Positions 36,037 to 40,464 of a stretch of DNA of 40,464 bases are shown in pieces. The first letter of the stretch is position 1. Every line of letters starts with the position of its first letter. The notes below the pieces were generated by a model. That model saw only the letters and a list, made by a program, of their open reading frames with translations. It ran no database searches and was not told the DNA's origin. The stretch covers positions 1-40,464 of the forward strand of contig CBDVCK010000002.1 in assembly GCA_965372465.1 (NCBI GenBank), read 5' to 3'. A program made the position numbers and the translations under genes. This DNA is from an uncultured Thermoplasmata archaeon (lineage in GTDB: Archaea > Thermoplasmatota > Thermoplasmata > GCA-020350865).

Positions 36037-37335
36037 ATGATCCCCGCTGCAAAAGATGAGATGCGCACAGGCATTGAGGTTTTTTTTACCAATACCCGAG
36101 GACTTGGAGGCAAGCTCAGAAGGTCAGCCGAGGATTTTGTTGTACGCGAGATCTCACAACCTCCACCTTCAGATGAAAATGGAGAATATACGATAGTAAA
36201 GATAACAGTAAAAAACTGGGAGACCAACAGGCTCATCAGACAGATCTCAAGGAGGTTGGGTATCAGCAGAAAGCGAATCGGATTCGGCGGAACAAAGGAT
36301 AGAAGAGCAATAACCTCACAGCTGTTTTCAATTAAGGCACCCCTTGAAGATGTTAAGAATATTAATCTAAAGGATGTGGAAATTGCAGAGGCCTACACCT
36401 CCGGCAAAGGACTGTTTTTAGGTGACCTTAAAGGAAACTCATTCGATATCGTAATCAGGGATATGCAGTGCCCTGAATCGGAGATTGCGCATCTTGCTTC
36501 CGAAACACAAAAGGAATTGCATTCGCTCTATGGTTTTCCAAATTTCTTTGGTCACCAGAGGTTCGGTGCATTAAGACCTATAACGCATATTGTGGGAAAA
36601 AAACTAATTAAGGGTGATTTCAAAGGAGCTGTTTTTGCATATCTTGGAAATCCGGTACAGATCGAAGGCCCGGATGCCTTTGAGGCAAGGAAGGCGGTTG
36701 AGGAAAGCGAGGATTACGCCCAAGCTCTTTCAATGTTTCCTGTACATCTGAGTTTCGAAAGGGCAATGTTAAATCATCTGGTGAAGAATGAGGAAGACTT
36801 CATAGGAGCCATCACCACACTTCCAAGGAACCTTACCATGATGTTCGTTCATGCGTACCAATCGTATCTGTTCAACAGGATATTGAGCAAACGGATCGAA
36901 AGCAAATTATCTCCGGCTGAACCTGAAATCGGGGATATCGTGCTTCCCCTGGATTCCAATGGCCTACCTGATCATAAAAAAGGAATCGATGTCAACGAGG
37001 ATAACATTGAAAAGGTAGAAAAAAAGATCGCTCAACAGAAAGCGTATCTATCAGGTCTGATTCCGGGGGCCGAAGAGAGCCTTGCATCCGGTAAGCAGGG
37101 AGAGATAGAAAGAAAGATTGTGGAGGAAGAAAAAGTATCACCCGTGGATTTTATTATACCTGAAATAAGAGAGATTTCCTCAAAGGGCAGAAGAAGGGCT
37201 TTGGTCACACCTATGAAGAATTTTGGATATGAGGTGGAAAAAGAAGGAATCAGAATGAGATTTGAGCTTCCCAAGGGCTGCTATGCAACTTCTCTACTAA
37301 GAGAATTCATGAAAGCCGAGATGCTCAATTACTAA
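36037..37335 (+). CDS. truD: tRNA pseudouridine(13) synthase
   Basis: EDFVVRE, GTKDRRAITSQ, PNFFGHQRFG, HAYQSYLFN, FELPKGCYATSLLRE. Confidence 0.95.
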   Translation: MIPAAKDEMRTGIEVFFTNTRGLGGKLRRSAEDFVVREISQPPPSDENGEYTIVKITVKNWETNRLIRQISRRLGISRKRIGFGGTKDRRAITSQLFSIKAPLEDVKNINLKDVEIAEAYTSGKGLFLGDLKGNSFDIVIRDMQCPESEIAHLASETQKELHSLYGFPNFFGHQRFGALRPITHIVGKKLIKGDFKGAVFAYLGNPVQIEGPDAFEARKAVEESEDYAQALSMFPVHLSFERAMLNHLVKNEEDFIGAITTLPRNLTMMFVHAYQSYLFNRILSKRIESKLSPAEPEIGDIVLPLDSNGLPDHKKGIDVNEDNIEKVEKKIAQQKAYLSGLIPGAEESLASGKQGEIERKIVEEEKVSPVDFIIPEIREISSKGRRRALVTPMKNFGYEVEKEGIRMRFELPKGCYATSLLREFMKAEMLNY

Positions 37336-37358
37336 ACCTTAATAAAAATTAAAGAATT

Positions 37359-37697
37359 TCAATCCGTTTTCAAGAACTTCCGAAGCCTTATGATATCCTC
37401 AAAGGAACCCTTCAACTTGATCTTTCTCAGGGCAAAGGCCTTCATGGGACTCAGTTCACCGGTCATGAGAGCGGTCAGGGTTTCAGTGTCTGCTGTTACT
37501 GTCAATCGCGGTTCATCAACCTTTCCTTTTGTAAGATCGCCGACATCTCCTTTGTTGATTGCAATGTGAAAGCTCTCGCCATCGGTTACATCCAGTAAGA
37601 AGACGCCTTCAAATCCCTTTAAATCTTCTCTCATCTTCTCGTCTTCTTCCATTTTTTTCTTGGCCTTGTCCAACCATTCATTTAACACTTCTTCCAC
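37359..37697 (-). CDS. SCP2 sterol/lipid-carrier domain protein
   Basis: LMTGELSPMKAFALRKIKLKGS motif; GTG start after GGAGG. Confidence 0.85.
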   Translation of the reverse strand: MEEVLNEWLDKAKKKMEEDEKMREDLKGFEGVFLLDVTDGESFHIAINKGDVGDLTKGKVDEPRLTVTADTETLTALMTGELSPMKAFALRKIKLKGSFEDIIRLRKFLKTD

Positions 37698-37708
37698 ATT
37701 AAATCCTC

Positions 37709-38350
37709 CTAGTAGTCCTCAATCTTCTTGGTTTTAACTCGATTTAAAATCCGCTGGGCTGTCTTCCATGAGCGGCGCGTATGCGGAGGTAGTTCTCCAT
37801 GCTCATGAGTCCATTTCTTTAAAAAGGTTATGGTAATCTTATCGGAGGGGTATCCGCTTCCCAAATCGCAGCCGAGCTCGGATTTGATTTTATCCACTTC
37901 AAAATCCCGCGTTGTCTTGGCAATAATTGAGGCCGCAGATACTATGGGATAGGTCTCATCTGCACCATGCTTGGAGATGATCTCAAGCTCGAAATCGAGC
38001 TCTCTTTTTATATCCTCTCCAAAGCGCTCTTCATTTACATCGGCACTGTCCACATATGCGATTCCTGGTCTTAGTTTATCAATGATACTTGCAAATACTT
38101 TTGTCTCTATCTGGTTCATGGTCATGCGCTCTCTCATTGCGTCGATATCGTCTGCAGGCACAATAATGACCTCTGTCTTGGCTATTTTGTAAAGCTCCTT
38201 GGCCAGTATCTCTCTTCTTTTTGGTGTGCACTTTTTCGAGTCTTTGACATTCAATCCGTCAAGCTCGGATTCGTTTTCAAGTGCAAGGCCTGCAACCACC
38301 ATGGGTCCCATTACAGGACCGCGGCCTGCCTCGTCCACACCGCAAATCAT
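37709..38350 (-). CDS. rnhB: Ribonuclease HII
   Basis: MICGVDEAGRGPVMGP, DSKK, VSAASIIAK, GSGYPSD. True start set at ATG 38350. Confidence 0.95.
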   Translation of the reverse strand: MICGVDEAGRGPVMGPMVVAGLALENESELDGLNVKDSKKCTPKRREILAKELYKIAKTEVIIVPADDIDAMRERMTMNQIETKVFASIIDKLRPGIAYVDSADVNEERFGEDIKRELDFELEIISKHGADETYPIVSAASIIAKTTRDFEVDKIKSELGCDLGSGYPSDKITITFLKKWTHEHGELPPHTRRSWKTAQRILNRVKTKKIEDY

Positions 38351-38413
38351 GTGAATGGATAATAAGGTAAGGGTAAATAGGGGTTTTGATTTGCTTACCT
38401 CGGTTGAATTGCA

Positions 38414-38440
38414 GCAATAATACCAGTAACATATTATTGC
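38414..38440. promoter_or_regulatory. 9-bp inverted repeat
   Basis: GCAATAATA-N9-TATTATTGC between the divergent rnhB and AbrB-family genes. Confidence 0.45.
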
Positions 38441-38459
38441 CTCCCCCAAACCACACCAC

Positions 38460-38490
38460 ATGATTTGTATGATTTACATGATTTGAATGA
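38460..38490 (+). repeat. Three-plus tandem 9-bp repeats (ATGATTTnn) next to a BRE/TATA-like element
   Basis: ATGATTTGT ATGATTTAC ATGATTTGA ATGA, followed by AAAAGCATATATAT. Confidence 0.7.
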
Positions 38491-38533
38491 AAAAGCATAT
38501 ATATCTGATACGCCTTTTCTTCCCTTGGTGATC

Positions 38534-38800
38534 ATGATGTTTCAGAAACCCGAGTTCCATGGAAGTACCACAGTTGGTGAAAGAGGGCAAATAGTTTTGC
38601 CTGCCGAGATGAGAAAGAAACACGGCATAAAACCCGGAGACAAGCTCCTTGTAATATCCAATCCCCTCCCACATGGCGCTTGGGCAATCATGCTCATTGA
38701 AAGCAGTGTTCTGAACCAGGTGTTTACAGATATGACTGAGAGTATCGGAAAGATTATAGAAGCGCAAAAAAAGGAAGAGAAAGACGACGCACAAGAGTAA
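38534..38800 (+). CDS. AbrB/MazE/SpoVT-family DNA-binding protein
   Basis: FHGSTTVGERGQIVLPAEMRKKHGIKPGDKL; GGTGA RBS before ATG 38534/38537. Confidence 0.88.
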   Translation: MMFQKPEFHGSTTVGERGQIVLPAEMRKKHGIKPGDKLLVISNPLPHGAWAIMLIESSVLNQVFTDMTESIGKIIEAQKKEEKDDAQE

Positions 38801-38922
38801 TTCGGTAAACATTCTGAGGTGGTTTTTATGACAAGGCTTATCTATCGGGGTGATTGTTTGAATACGATAATCCTCTTATGTAAATCATCTATAATTGCAA
38901 AAGACAGGAGGCGTTGATTTAC

Positions 38923-40464
38923 ATGGTAATGAAATCCTTAGGCCGGGCAGTATCCACATTTCCGAAGGTCACAATCGCTGTTTTAATTGCAGTAACAATC
39001 ATTGCTGCAGGATTTATTGGAATATTTGGTATCGATCAGGAGTTCTCTGAATCCTCTTTCATGCCAGAGAATGAGGTTGTTATTGCACAGGAAGAGGTTG
39101 CCGATCTGTTCAGCACCTCAAACGTGTACAGGGTCTCCATCCTTGTCAAAGATAAGGATCGGGATGTCTTGACATCGGATGCAATGGTGGAGATGCTGAT
39201 GGTAGAGCGGGCTATTATCAATGATACTATAGTCAACGAGACTCTCATGAACCCGGACAATCCCTCTGCCAATGCCAACTCTGTGGCGGACATTGTGGCA
39301 CAAACCTATTTGGGCGTACAAGTCAACGATACACCTACCTTCGATGAAAAAATCGAAGCTATCCAGAACATGAGTGACACTCTCATCAAGCAGACTATTA
39401 CAGGAATCCTATCTTCCAACTTCACACCTCCGGTGGTCAAGGGCATGTTTTCCATGCTGTTGACCAGCGACTTCTCTTTCGAAACCGGCCATATTCAGGC
39501 CAAGGGGACCATGATACTCATCACCCTGAACGGGAGTCTTGGAGAGGAGGGGGAGGAGGGGCATGATGGTATGACCAGTGAAGAAACCCCCTTGTCCCTG
39601 TCCGAGGAACGCATGGATGCCATTGTAAAGGACATGGACCTAAATTCCACGGAAATGCAGGTTATGGGTATGAGCATCATCATGGAGGAGATCATGAACG
39701 CCATGAGCGCTGATATGGGTTTCCTGTTACCAGCTGCGTTCATATTGGTCATAATAATCTTGGGTGTGGTGTTCAGGAATGGATGGGATATGGCAATCAG
39801 TCTCACTGCACTTGTAATGGGGATTGTGTGGATGTATGGTTTTGGCACAGCACTGGGCTTTTCGTTCAATCCTATGACGCTTGTGGTGCCCATCCTCATA
39901 GTCGGCCTAGGAATAGATTATGGCATACATCTGACCATGCGTCATCGTGAGGAGCTCAATAAGGGAAAGGAGGTCGATCATGCTGTGGAAAAGACCATCA
40001 GCCACGTGGGCACAGCCCTGCTGCTTGTTACGGTAACAACCATGGCAGCCTTCCTCTCGAATCTGGCCTCCCCTATGGACCCACTCAAGGATTTCGGCAT
40101 CATCGCCACCATCGGGATTATAAGCTGTTTCTTCACTATGGTCACCTTCGTGCCTGCCTGCCTGCATATCAAGGATACAAGGAAGGCTAAAAAACTTGCA
40201 GAGAAAAAACAGAATGACAAGGATTTTAAGCCAAAGAAAGAATCAAAATCGAAAAAAGCCGCAAAAGCTGCACTTGATAGGGGCATAAGTGCTGGTGCCA
40301 AGGCCGCGGAAAGGTTGCCAATTTTAGTAATCGTTGTCGTGCTTTTGATTTCAGTAGGGGCGATTATGGCTGCTATGAACCTCAAAACGACTTTCGAATT
40401 CGAGGATTTTCTACCCGAAAACCTGGAACTGGCTGAGGACCTGGAATACATGTTGAACGAATTT
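38923..40464 (+). CDS. RND/MMPL-family transporter, N-terminal part (runs off the window, so absent from the ORF track)
   Basis: Reads MVMKSLGRAVSTFPKVTIAVLIAVT..., then a large external loop, a TM cluster with GLGIDYGIHL, and the start of a second repeat (FEDFLPE). Confidence 0.88.
   Translation, partial: MVMKSLGRAVSTFPKVTIAVLIAVTIIAAGFIGIFGIDQEFSESSFMPENEVVIAQEEVADLFSTSNVYRVSILVKDKDRDVLTSDAMVEMLMVERAIINDTIVNETLMNPDNPSANANSVADIVAQTYLGVQVNDTPTFDEKIEAIQNMSDTLIKQTITGILSSNFTPPVVKGMFSMLLTSDFSFETGHIQAKGTMILITLNGSLGEEGEEGHDGMTSEETPLSLSEERMDAIVKDMDLNSTEMQVMGMSIIMEEIMNAMSADMGFLLPAAFILVIIILGVVFRNGWDMAISLTALVMGIVWMYGFGTALGFSFNPMTLVVPILIVGLGIDYGIHLTMRHREELNKGKEVDHAVEKTISHVGTALLLVTVTTMAAFLSNLASPMDPLKDFGIIATIGIISCFFTMVTFVPACLHIKDTRKAKKLAEKKQNDKDFKPKKESKSKKAAKAALDRGISAGAKAAERLPILVIVVVLLISVGAIMAAMNLKTTFEFEDFLPENLELAEDLEYMLNEF

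Noticed and set aside
38351-38533. Cys/Trp-rich N-terminal extension of RNase HII and N-terminal extension of the AbrB protein in the ORF track
   Set aside because: Family homology starts at MICGVDEAG (38350) and about 38534. The extensions run through promoter and repeat DNA.
38534-38800. AbrB/MazE protein as the antitoxin of a toxin-antitoxin pair
   Set aside because: No PIN or MazF toxin is adjacent; the next gene is the transporter.
39036-40451. Minus-strand ORFs of 67-157 aa
   Set aside because: They are antisense shadows of the plus-strand RND/MMPL gene, which the track missed because it has no stop in the window.
1-40464. Provirus, IS element or defence system; Sec/Pyl recoding
   Set aside because: No integrase, transposase, capsid or nuclease motifs were seen, and no family-recognisable ORF is interrupted by an in-frame TGA or TAG.

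Overview
Archaeal chromosomal window. Evidence for this: GGGP and DGGGP synthases, AMP phosphorylase, archaeal-type TruD and RNase HII, TATA/BRE-like promoters, and a tRNA intron with a BHB-like fold. Gene content suggests an uncultured, peptide-fermenting Thermoplasmata-like lineage (inference only). Layout from left to right: (1) housekeeping and ether-lipid genes (1-4439); (2) a ~17 kb, largely AT-rich, mixed-strand surface-glycan island (4710-21708) with 2 epimerase/dehydratases, 2 DegT aminotransferases, formyl, WbqC and two acetyl transferases, 3 deacylase-like proteins, a methyltransferase, 4 glycosyltransferases and a flippase; (3) a cyclophilin and an intron-containing tRNA-Ala(CGC) surrounded by partial copies of itself in hairpins; (4) a GT-C-like membrane protein head-to-head with a 1072-aa anchored C25-peptidase-like surface protein; (5) a BCCP/crotonase/carboxyltransferase cluster, an ABC exporter, an aromatic amino-acid lyase with a non-canonical Ala-Cys-Gly MIO motif, truD, SCP2, rnhB, an AbrB-family regulator with a repeated candidate operator, and a partial RND/MMPL transporter. 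No CRISPR array, integrase or transposase was seen. The strongest leads are the tRNA-fragment architecture, the ACG lyase, and the glycan island/GT-C/C25 surface system. All functional calls come from motif recognition by eye, not from database searches.
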